Shown piece by piece: positions 19,345-27,235 of a DNA stretch of 64,000 nucleotides. The stretch is taken from IMG/VR virus record IMGVR_UViG_3300005274_000001, positions 64,001 through 128,000 of that record. The stretch is one strand, 5' to 3'. This DNA is from a virus. The notes below the pieces were generated by a model. That model worked only from the letters and a program-made list of their open reading frames with translations. It made no database searches and was not told the origin of the DNA. Each line of letters starts with the position of its first letter. Position 1 is the stretch's first letter. The translations under genes were made by a program, and so were the position numbers.

Positions 19345-19509
19345 TGCTCACCTCCTCCTATAGTCTAGGCGCTAAAAGGCGTTTTGTCAAGGGGGGGCTA
19401 TATTTTGTACTAGGAAAGCGTAGCAAGGCTTTTATCTTTAATGCAAATCTTGTTTAAGCATTTTAGGTGGTACACTATTACCTAAGTCTGGAGGGACAAA
19501 CAAACAACG

Positions 19510-20025
19510 CTAGAAAACCTCATTACCCTTCTTGTATTCAAACTTCACTACAAGAAGTTTTTCTATGCTTTCAACTTCTTTGTTTGCTAGTAGTCTTTGT
19601 AGAAGCGTAGGAAACTTGATGATAGCTGCATTAAAGCGAAAATAGTAAGTAATGCTCTCCATTCCTTCTCTTAGAGCTTTTATTGTGATAGGTTTTCCAA
19701 ATAGGTTTATCATTGAAGCGAATTCGTTTTCATTAAAGTTTGCAATTATGTCGTTTTCTTTCTCAATGTAAATCGGCAGAGAAACTAGTTTGTAAGATGA
19801 GAACATTAAATAGGAGAACTCAAAAAGTGATTCTATTTTTACTGATTTGGGCTTTGCAAAAAAATCTTTCTTAAAATCTTGCAAATAGTTTTTAACTTCT
19901 TTACAAAAATCGTAAAAATCAAAGAATTCTTCATAAGAAGATTTATGCACAATTTTCTTACCTCTTTCTTCTTTGTAGATAATTGATATCGAACTTAGAG
20001 AGTAGGGAAGAAAAGCTTTAAGCAT
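19510..20025 (-). CDS. Hypothetical protein, array member (ends NEVF)
   Basis: ATG at 20025 with GAGGAG SD; the track start at 20085 lies inside repeat motif B. Confidence 0.75.
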   Translation of the reverse strand: MLKAFLPYSLSSISIIYKEERGKKIVHKSSYEEFFDFYDFCKEVKNYLQDFKKDFFAKPKSVKIESLFEFSYLMFSSYKLVSLPIYIEKENDIIANFNENEFASMINLFGKPITIKALREGMESITYYFRFNAAIIKFPTLLQRLLANKEVESIEKLLVVKFEYKKGNEVF

Positions 20026-20159
20026 GTTCCTCTCCTCTGCATTACCTTTCTTACTTACTTTAAAGTAACCCAGGGCGTGGTACACTATTACCTAAGTCTG
20101 GAAGATGACTACTAACAACAAAAGATAAACAACTTCTTTTGTTGTAAACACTCACGTCC

Positions 20160-20657
20160 TCAAAACAAGGTATTAAAATCAAATGAAGCTTCTATGCGCA
20201 AATCTTGTGAAAGTGTCGTTTCATTGATTTTTAACTCGACAAAAGATACAAAGAAAACATTGAGTGTTTTTTCTTCTTTAATCGCATATTTATAGCGTTT
20301 ATTTATCTCACGCTGCATTAGGCTAAAAATCTTTTGTTCACTAAATTCTTCTAGACTAAGAAATCTTTTTCTTAAGCGTTTTCTTAGCTCTTTGTAAGGC
20401 ATATCAAAATAGTAATCATTTGCTAATGAGGATACAATTGTAAAGCGTCCTAATTCGAAAAAAGGAGATTTGAAAAATCTTTTTAGAATCTCAAAGTTTC
20501 TTGAAAAATCAGTAAACGCTTTATCAAAGAATTCGCTTCTTTCTTCTTCAAAAAACTCAGTCTTCCTAGTTGAAAGAAGGCTGTCGTTAATCAAATATTC
20601 TTTTAAAAACCTCAGACTTTTAGGTTTTTGTAGTGAAAAAAGCTCTTCGATGTTCAT
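20160..20657 (-). CDS. Hypothetical protein, array member (ends TLF); paralog of 21710-22216
   Basis: MNIEEL/MRIEDL, KRFFKSPFF/KRFVSSKYF, EEFSEQK/EEFSEEK. Confidence 0.85.
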   Translation of the reverse strand: MNIEELFSLQKPKSLRFLKEYLINDSLLSTRKTEFFEEERSEFFDKAFTDFSRNFEILKRFFKSPFFELGRFTIVSSLANDYYFDMPYKELRKRLRKRFLSLEEFSEQKIFSLMQREINKRYKYAIKEEKTLNVFFVSFVELKINETTLSQDLRIEASFDFNTLF

Positions 20658-20665
20658 GTTTTCAC

Positions 20666-21136
20666 CTAAAAGACTTCTTTTCTTTCTAAATTAGCTTCTA
20701 CTTCTAGAACAACTTTGTCAAGGTTTCTTGTTAGATAATTTAGCTCTATAAAAATTGTTATTGCAGAAACTTCTTTTTCGTTCTTAAGCGCTTTGTTATA
20801 AATTTGACTAATGTTTTCTTCAATAACTCTTAAAACTGTTTTAGGATTAACAAAGGAAGTATTTTTAACACCTATGTCTTCGAATCTAGGTGTTCCAGCT
20901 TTTGTATTTGTAATCAACGCATAGTTAATCTTTAAAATGTCTTGTACGACATCACCTTCAGAATTTTTTACTTGCTTATAATATTTTGAAACAAAACTTC
21001 TAAGGTGCTTATAAAAGTCGTTAGCCTTTTCTTCTTTCAATATTTTTTTAAATGAAAAATTGTTTTCTTCACCTTTTGAGTTTTTAAAGTATTCGAAGTT
21101 AAACTTCGCTTTTGTGAATTCAAAAGGCGCTAGCAT
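20666..21136 (-). CDS. Hypothetical protein, array member (ends KEVF), leaderless
   Basis: TTGACA-N17-TAGCAT-N6-ATG. Confidence 0.85.
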   Translation of the reverse strand: MLAPFEFTKAKFNFEYFKNSKGEENNFSFKKILKEEKANDFYKHLRSFVSKYYKQVKNSEGDVVQDILKINYALITNTKAGTPRFEDIGVKNTSFVNPKTVLRVIEENISQIYNKALKNEKEVSAITIFIELNYLTRNLDKVVLEVEANLERKEVF

Positions 21137-21200
21137 AGCTTGATGCTAGCACGACAGGCTAAGCGTGTCAACTTGGCGCACTATTATCTGGGTCTGGAAA

Positions 21201-21698
21201 CTATAAGATGTCGTAATAGTAGACAACCTCTAGTGATGCGTAGTAATTCCTATGAGGTGTGTAGTAATTCCTATGAGGATGGCCTTTAGTGAGCATTAAA
21301 GAAACGAGAATATAGTCTTTTTTACCAACACCTTTTAATTTTAAAAACTTTGATAATGTTTTATCTCTCTCTTTGATGATTGTATTAAACACCTTTTTAG
21401 GATTTATATCGTATCCCAAAATTTTAATTTTTTCTGCAAAGTCTTCTTGTTTAATATTATTATTAATTGTCAAATAGAAAGGTTCCTCTTCTTTGCTTTC
21501 AAAACTTTTTTCGATGTCGATTGTTTGTTTTATAAACTTTAACATTAATTGATTTGCTCTTTTTTCTAACTCTAACGCTTCAGTATTTTTGTTGAAAGTA
21601 AATTTGTATTTATTCTCTAAAGCTTTTAAGAGTTCTTTTGATGCACCCAAAGGCTCTTGCAAGTAGAAAATTTCGATTTCTCTGAGTTTCAGTTTCAT
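21201..21698 (-). CDS. Hypothetical protein (ends YDIL)
   Basis: ATG at 21698 after GGGGA; internal 21-bp duplication. Confidence 0.75.
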   Translation of the reverse strand: MKLKLREIEIFYLQEPLGASKELLKALENKYKFTFNKNTEALELEKRANQLMLKFIKQTIDIEKSFESKEEEPFYLTINNNIKQEDFAEKIKILGYDINPKKVFNTIIKERDKTLSKFLKLKGVGKKDYILVSLMLTKGHPHRNYYTPHRNYYASLEVVYYYDIL

Positions 21699-21709
21699 CG
21701 CTTCCCCCT

Positions 21710-22216
21710 TCAAAAAACGCCATGTAGAGAGTAGTGCATTTTTAAAAATAGCTTTTTTACAACCAAAGATTTCTTTATCTTTAATGAAACGAAGAATATA
21801 GATTCTACTGATAGATTCTCTTGGTTTATTAAGGCTTTTCTATATTTTTTGTAAAAAGCTTCTTCTACTAAACGCATAAATTTCTCTTCACTAAATTCTT
21901 CAATTCTATAAACTCTTTCAGGAAATCTAGTTAGCAAGCTTTTTTCTTCTCTATAAATATCAAAGTATTCTTCAGAAATATTACATAAAGAAAAAACAAC
22001 AAAATAACCTTTGTAAAAATATTTTGACGACACAAATCTTTTGACAATGTTTAAGTGTTTCAAAAATATGTCGTTAAAATTTTTAATTTCTTCTTCTTGG
22101 GAATTGTAATAATATTTACGCTTTCTAGCTTTAGTAAACACCTGTTTGACGAAGTGTTCAGTTGACACTTCTACGAAAAATATTTCGTGTGTTTTAATTA
22201 AGTCTTCAATGCGCAT
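21710..22216 (-). CDS. Hypothetical protein, array member (ends GVF)
   Basis: Paralog of 20160-20657. Confidence 0.85.
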   Translation of the reverse strand: MRIEDLIKTHEIFFVEVSTEHFVKQVFTKARKRKYYYNSQEEEIKNFNDIFLKHLNIVKRFVSSKYFYKGYFVVFSLCNISEEYFDIYREEKSLLTRFPERVYRIEEFSEEKFMRLVEEAFYKKYRKALINQENLSVESIFFVSLKIKKSLVVKKLFLKMHYSLHGVF

Positions 22217-22222
22217 AGCACC

Positions 22223-22741
22223 TCAAAAACTAGGAAGAACAATGTCATTTATGTCTATAGTGTAAGGAGGTCTTAAAGAGAAAATGTGTTCTATTTCTAC
22301 TAGACAAACTTTTTCGACTTTTTTTATTTCAAAAACTATTCTTGACATTATGGAGATTGGGTAATTGTTTAAGCTTTTAATATTTCTGCTCAGTTCGTTT
22401 AGTGTTTTTTCTGTGTTTTCAATCATTTCGCAAGCTTTTTCTCTGAGAAAAAATGACATATTCTTTTTCTTCTCTGACAGAGTTTCATCATTTTTTAAGC
22501 TTTTTATATCTTTGAAATAAAGCTTTGTCCTTCCTAAAGCATAGCCTCTATAGTTAACAAACATATAAATAGAGATTGTTTTTACATCTTGTTTTAGTGA
22601 TTTTAATACAAAACTGTCAAGCGCTTTAATCAGTTTATCTTTTTCGTTTGCAGAAAAGACGATATTTGAAGTATCTGTGTAGCTAAAGAAAGATTTGTAT
22701 ATTCCCTTTTTCGTAGTTAAATGAAGCTTTTCTAGCCTCAT
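22223..22741 (-). CDS. Hypothetical protein, array member (ends PSF)
   Basis: ATG at 22741 after GGGGGAG; TTGACA-N17-TATGGT promoter. Confidence 0.8.
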   Translation of the reverse strand: MRLEKLHLTTKKGIYKSFFSYTDTSNIVFSANEKDKLIKALDSFVLKSLKQDVKTISIYMFVNYRGYALGRTKLYFKDIKSLKNDETLSEKKKNMSFFLREKACEMIENTEKTLNELSRNIKSLNNYPISIMSRIVFEIKKVEKVCLVEIEHIFSLRPPYTIDINDIVLPSF

Positions 22742-22870
22742 CTCTTCTCCCCCAGAAGACACCATAGAACACAAACCTTAGGCTGTCAAGCGTTGGTACA
22801 CTATTATAAGTCTGGAAGGTGTAGAAGAATGACGCTTGAAGATTGAAGGTCTATATGCTAGTATATAGCT

Positions 22871-23407
22871 ATGCAGACGCAAGGAGGTTGGCTTTTTGAT
22901 AAATCTGTTTTCTTAAGAAGAGCCTTTACACGTTATTTGTATGTTGACAGTAATAATGTGGCTCACAATTACCAAGAAGAAATTGAAAACTTAGAAGGAT
23001 TAGAAAATATTGTTCAATTGGCAAAAGAAAAATTAAAAGAATACGAAAAAGAATTAAGAGAAGCGATTATGTTTGGATTAAAAATTGAAGAAAATTTTCA
23101 ATTAATTGCTATAGCAAACTTTTATAAAGCATCAGTAAGGCATCAGTATTATAAAAAATTAACTCTTAACGAAGCGATGTCTTTTTCTTTTAGAGATGCA
23201 ATCGATGAGGCTATATCTCACTTCTTGAGATTTTGTGAAATTGAAGATTTATCGTTGATTTTAAGTTTAAGTTTTCCTTTTTTATCAGCATATAAATCTC
23301 TATGCAGTTCTGGAAATTACAATTGCTATGCGTTAATTCCTGACCCTCCGCAACTCTTTCACATTATCGCTGAATTTTTGGTTGATAAAAATTTACTTGT
23401 TTTTTAG
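22871..23407 (+). CDS. Hypothetical protein, inverted array member (ends LVF), leaderless
   Basis: TTGAAG-N17-TAGTAT-N6-ATG; weak similarity to 23404-24039. Confidence 0.8.
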   Translation: MQTQGGWLFDKSVFLRRAFTRYLYVDSNNVAHNYQEEIENLEGLENIVQLAKEKLKEYEKELREAIMFGLKIEENFQLIAIANFYKASVRHQYYKKLTLNEAMSFSFRDAIDEAISHFLRFCEIEDLSLILSLSFPFLSAYKSLCSSGNYNCYALIPDPPQLFHIIAEFLVDKNLLVF

Positions 23408-24039
23408 AATGTTTCTTTTATCTCAGCAAACAAGGAGTAGTTGAACAAATTTGGCTTGCTCAAAATTTTTATCATTTCCTTAGTATGTTTGTCAAGTGTT
23501 TTAGCGTTTATCTTTTTTGCACCTACCGAATAAAGATTTGATGAAGTTTCTTCTTCATGAAAATCTAACCAAAAATCAAACTTAAATTGAAAGGAAATTT
23601 TTGACATTAGACCAAACTTTTTAAGAAAATAAAGCGTTGATCTTTCTAATTCTCTTTTGAGGGACAAAGAGGGTATTTTAGAAAGTTTATATTCCTTTTT
23701 CCAATTAAAACCTTTAGCACCTTCATAGAAAGCTAAGGCGTTGAGTTCTAAGACTTCATAAACAATAACCCTTCTTAGCGTGCTTCCACTTTGATTGTTT
23801 ATTAGTTGTTGTATATTATTTAGCCCACTAGTGAACAATTTAACTCTATCTTTGGCGAGATGAAAAAAGTTTTTCACTTCTTCAAACACATCATAATCGT
23901 TTGAAAAGTAGTGAATCAATTTTACTTCATTAAGCTCATTAGTTTCCTTTTTACTTTTTGTCTTATCAAAGTAGCGTATATAGACTGAGCCTCTTGTAAA
24001 GCTTAGTATGTCAAAGGCGCTAAAGGACACTTTAAGCAC
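23404..24039 (-). CDS. Hypothetical protein, array member (ends KETF)
   Basis: 211-aa ORF with TTGACA-N17-TACACT promoter. Confidence 0.8.
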   Translation of the reverse strand: MLKVSFSAFDILSFTRGSVYIRYFDKTKSKKETNELNEVKLIHYFSNDYDVFEEVKNFFHLAKDRVKLFTSGLNNIQQLINNQSGSTLRRVIVYEVLELNALAFYEGAKGFNWKKEYKLSKIPSLSLKRELERSTLYFLKKFGLMSKISFQFKFDFWLDFHEEETSSNLYSVGAKKINAKTLDKHTKEMIKILSKPNLFNYSLFAEIKETF

Positions 24040-24152
24040 CCCCTTTTCTGTTTGCCCAGCTTAGTGTATGAGCACAAGCCTGTCAAGCCTCTATTTAAAA
24101 GAAAATCTTGTTTAAGCGAAGAGAATTTCTTCGCTAAGGCGTTGGTACACTA

Positions 24153-24689
24153 TTATAAGTCTGGAAGGTCTAGTAGAGGTTGCCTAAAGTCTACAGCTTT
24201 GTACTCTAGTTTGAAGGTAGAACTATGCAGAATTTTGTATTTCGACTTTTCGTGAACTAATTGGCTAATAACGAACTCGAATCTAGTTAAAGGAATTCCT
24301 GGTCTTAATCTGAAGAATTCAATTAATGATTCTATCGAATCCTCGATGAAAAAATAAAACGCATTTTTTATTCTCTTCTCACTTGGTGTTATTAGTCTTA
24401 TAAATTCGTGAGGTTTAGACATCTCTAAATCCAACTTGTATTCTTTATTTTTTCTTAACTCATAAGCGTCTATACTTTTTGAGAGTCTAAATTCAAAGTC
24501 TTTGTTAATTATAGCTTTTGCTAATACCTTTTCTATCAATCTCTCTAAAGAATTTTTACTTTTTGTTGGCATTTTAGTTAAATAGTGAAACCTTACTTCT
24601 TTAGAATCTTTCTCATTGCAGTACTCATAGTTTACTTCTATCTGCCTAAGCAGAAAAAGCTGCTTGTTCACTCTAATGAGTTCTCTCAT
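24153..24689 (-). CDS. Hypothetical protein; its stop codon lies inside motif B
   Basis: 178-aa ORF. Confidence 0.75.
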   Translation of the reverse strand: MRELIRVNKQLFLLRQIEVNYEYCNEKDSKEVRFHYLTKMPTKSKNSLERLIEKVLAKAIINKDFEFRLSKSIDAYELRKNKEYKLDLEMSKPHEFIRLITPSEKRIKNAFYFFIEDSIESLIEFFRLRPGIPLTRFEFVISQLVHEKSKYKILHSSTFKLEYKAVDFRQPLLDLPDL

Positions 24690-24698
24690 CTTTAAATC

Positions 24699-25199
24699 CT
24701 ACATCGTTTCGTTTTTGAAATATGTTACAAACCAAATAACATATTCGAAGTTTGCAACAATTCTCTGTGTAAGGCAAATTTTCAAAACTTTGTTTTTATA
24801 TATACAATTCGCAAATTGATAGTTTGTAATTATTTCTTCTATTCTTTCAAAGAGAATTTTTGATAGATCTATTTTGCTAGCGTCTTCAATGAATTCTCTA
24901 TTTGAGCCTAAAAGATTCGTCAAATCTTTTATTCTTTTTTTCTTTTTTCTTTGCGCTTCAATTTCAATGCGATTAGTAATTAGGACATCTAAATTTTCTT
25001 TTTTAATTTCTTTGAATGTTTTAGCAAGAAACTTCTTTACAGCTTCAAAGTTCTCTGAAGAAAAGTGTTTTTGTTGGTTGAACATTTCGCTTGTAGAGCC
25101 ATTAAAATCAATTCTTCTATAAATGCTAACTTTATACTGTTGAAGCGAAAATTTTTGATGACCAAAATCCTTGTTGTAAAAAAGAAGTTCTTTTTTCAT
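24699..25199 (-). CDS. Hypothetical protein (ends NETM)
   Basis: ATG at 25199 after GAGGTG. Confidence 0.75.
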   Translation of the reverse strand: MKKELLFYNKDFGHQKFSLQQYKVSIYRRIDFNGSTSEMFNQQKHFSSENFEAVKKFLAKTFKEIKKENLDVLITNRIEIEAQRKKKKRIKDLTNLLGSNREFIEDASKIDLSKILFERIEEIITNYQFANCIYKNKVLKICLTQRIVANFEYVIWFVTYFKNETM

Positions 25200-25207
25200 C
25201 CTACACC

Positions 25208-25630
25208 TCATGTGTAATCTTTGAACATCTCCTCTTCTAACGCTCTTTTAAACTCCTCTTTAGTGAGCGTTGTAATCTTTCCTTCTTCAAAAAAGTGAAT
25301 GCGTTTAAAGTCTAGCTCATTTAATATACTTGCGCAATACAAACAGGGCCTAGTGTTTTTCAGAAGGCTTTTTCTGTAGCCAAAAACAAAAATATCACTA
25401 GGATAGAAACGCTCCTTTTTAGCTTTGTGAAAAAAGTCTAACTCAGCGTGAAGCGCTGCAAAATTAGGATAATCGTATTTAACTTGTTTGCTAACGATGT
25501 ATTTATTTTCGCCAATTAAAATTTCCTTTTTACTAATACCAACACAATACATCTTTACTTTGCCTTTTGGTGTATTCGTTTCTCTTTCCAATAAAATATT
25601 CATTAACCTAAGTAAACGCTCAACCCTCAT
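25208..25630 (-). CDS. Zinc-dependent cytidine/dCMP deaminase-fold protein
   Basis: LHAE and RPCLYC motifs; leaderless start at 25630. Confidence 0.8.
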   Translation of the reverse strand: MRVERLLRLMNILLERETNTPKGKVKMYCVGISKKEILIGENKYIVSKQVKYDYPNFAALHAELDFFHKAKKERFYPSDIFVFGYRKSLLKNTRPCLYCASILNELDFKRIHFFEEGKITTLTKEEFKRALEEEMFKDYT

Positions 25631-25637
25631 GTAAGGC

Positions 25638-25680
25638 ATAATAGCATGAGCTTGACAGGCTGTCAATCGCTTGCTATGAT
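25638..25680. promoter_or_regulatory. Overlapping divergent sigma70-type promoters
   Basis: TTGACA-GGC-TGTCAA palindrome; plus TTGACA-N17-TATGAT, minus TTGACA-N17-TATTAT, both with TG extension. Confidence 0.8.
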
Positions 25681-25700
25681 GAGGAATGCAATGAGGGGAG

Positions 25701-26402
25701 GTGTCTTTCGTGCTAAAGGTTTGCGCATTGGACCTAGGCTCAAGAAGGCAGGTTGCAGTAAAAGGAGTGATTGATGACGATATTCTGAGAATTAAGGACT
25801 ACAAATATACTTACATTGAAGAGGAAAACATAAAAGAGAAAATTAAAAAGCTAAATGAGTTTTTAGAGAAGAATGTTTTAAGCGAGGAGTTTGATTTTGT
25901 GATTTTAGAAAAAAAATTTAAGAGCACAAAAAAGACAAAATTAAAGGTATCGCATTCAGAATACAAAGCTTTTGTAATGCTAAATGAACACGCAAAAAAT
26001 AAACTTTTAAGCGAAGGCATTAATCTGTTGACTGTAGTGTCAAGCAACATTGAAGCTTTTTTTGTAAACTCAAAAAGAAGCAACTACTTTGTTCCTGGTT
26101 GGAAGCAAGTTCTTACTGGTATTAATAAACCTTCAGATAAGGACATTGAAGAAGCATTAAAAACTTTGTTAAAAGAAGGAAAAATTGTATACGAAGCAAA
26201 CACAAGTGAACTGACGCAAAATAAAAAAAGGTTTTATGTAGACTTTAATGACGCTGTAGGAATGCTTTATGCGTATATTCTAAGGCCAGAAATTTTTGTT
26301 TTAGAGGAGGCACCAAAAGAAGATGATGACAACAAAAATGACTTCTACGATGAGATTACAAAAGAGCTGCTAGAAAAATTTCTTGGCCCAATAGTGTCTT
26401 GA
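25701..26402 (+). CDS. RuvC/RNase H-fold nuclease, probable Holliday junction resolvase
   Basis: ALDLGSR, FVILE, W-K, and DFNDAVGM acidic catalytic pattern. Confidence 0.65.
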   Translation: MSFVLKVCALDLGSRRQVAVKGVIDDDILRIKDYKYTYIEEENIKEKIKKLNEFLEKNVLSEEFDFVILEKKFKSTKKTKLKVSHSEYKAFVMLNEHAKNKLLSEGINLLTVVSSNIEAFFVNSKRSNYFVPGWKQVLTGINKPSDKDIEEALKTLLKEGKIVYEANTSELTQNKKRFYVDFNDAVGMLYAYILRPEIFVLEEAPKEDDDNKNDFYDEITKELLEKFLGPIVS

Positions 26403-26933
26403 GTGAAATAATACTCTTTTTGTGTTTAATGAGATTAAGAATTTTTTTGTGTTTCTTTTTATCTCATTGCTAATAACGAAAGCGTTTATTTCTTTGTAGT
26501 ACTTATAAGCGAACCTAGCGTCCTCATTAAAGTCTGCAACAAAAAGAATTAAGTCTTCTAGGTAATAAGAATTCACGATGTAGTTTTTTATTGTCTTGTA
26601 ATCTTCCTTTGTCTTTATGTAATAGAAGTCAAAAACTTCTTCAACTTCAATGAATTTTTTATACGCCTTATACAAAGGCAAAGGATTTTGCAGGAAGTAA
26701 AAAAACAAATATCTAGAAAAAGTTTCTAAATAGTTAGTACTAAAACGATATCTTTCAAACTCTGAAATCCTTTTTATAGACTTGTATTGTTTAACAAAAG
26801 CGAACTCTCTTAGTATCTTTTTTCTTATAGGACTTATGTCAAAGATAATCCTGTCAATAAAGTAAACGCTTCGAGCGTTTCTCTTAAAAGCTTCGCTTGC
26901 TCTTAGAATTGGAAACGATAGATTAGTGTTCAC
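26370..26933 (-). CDS. Hypothetical protein (ends KFF)
   Basis: 187-aa ORF, TG-C-TATAGT upstream. Confidence 0.7.
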   Translation of the reverse strand: MNTNLSFPILRASEAFKRNARSVYFIDRIIFDISPIRKKILREFAFVKQYKSIKRISEFERYRFSTNYLETFSRYLFFYFLQNPLPLYKAYKKFIEVEEVFDFYYIKTKEDYKTIKNYIVNSYYLEDLILFVADFNEDARFAYKYYKEINAFVISNEIKRNTKKFLISLNTKRVLFHSRHYWAKKFF

Positions 26934-27000
26934 TCTTTATTCACTATAGCACAAGACCTTTATATCGTCCTGCACGCAAAAATTGATATTTTAAAAGCGA

Positions 27001-27235
27001 AACCTTGATTTTTGGTCAAAATTGAGGGTTTTATTTTCTTATATCGATTTTCCTATAGGCGAAATAAAACTTTAGGTGGTGTGAAAATAAAAATCTTTGA
27101 ATTTTGCGCAAAATTGAAGGTTTTAAAATTTCATAAGGTTTTGCCATAGGCAAAATAAAAAACTGAAAGAACAAAAAACTAAAATCTTTGATTTTTGGGC
27201 GAAATTAAAAGTTTTAAGATTTTATAAGGTTTTAT
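27001..27235. repeat. About 2.6 imperfect tandem copies of a roughly 91-bp AT-rich unit
   Basis: Units begin near 27001, 27091 and 27183 (AA-C/TCTTTGA-TTTTG..C-AAATT.A.GGTTTTA...CATAGGC.AAATAAAA). Confidence 0.7.

Larger units (their letters stand above)
17071..24169. repeat. Dispersed motif B, GCGTTGGTACACTATTATAAGTCTGGAA and variants
   Basis: Copies at 17071, 19467, 20075, 21173, 22790, 24139; the last two are identical over 31 bp. Confidence 0.9.

Noticed and set aside
20075-20085. GTG start at 20085 for the 19510 gene
   Set aside because: It lies within motif B, which is non-coding elsewhere; ATG 20025 has a good SD.
17071-24169. Motif B or motif A as a CRISPR array
   Set aside because: Copies are separated by whole genes (0.6-2.4 kb), not 30-40 bp spacers, and no cas genes are present.
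228-26933. Classical integron or diversity-generating retroelement
   Set aside because: No tyrosine integrase, attC-type palindromes, reverse transcriptase or adenine-only template/variable repeat pair seen in the window.
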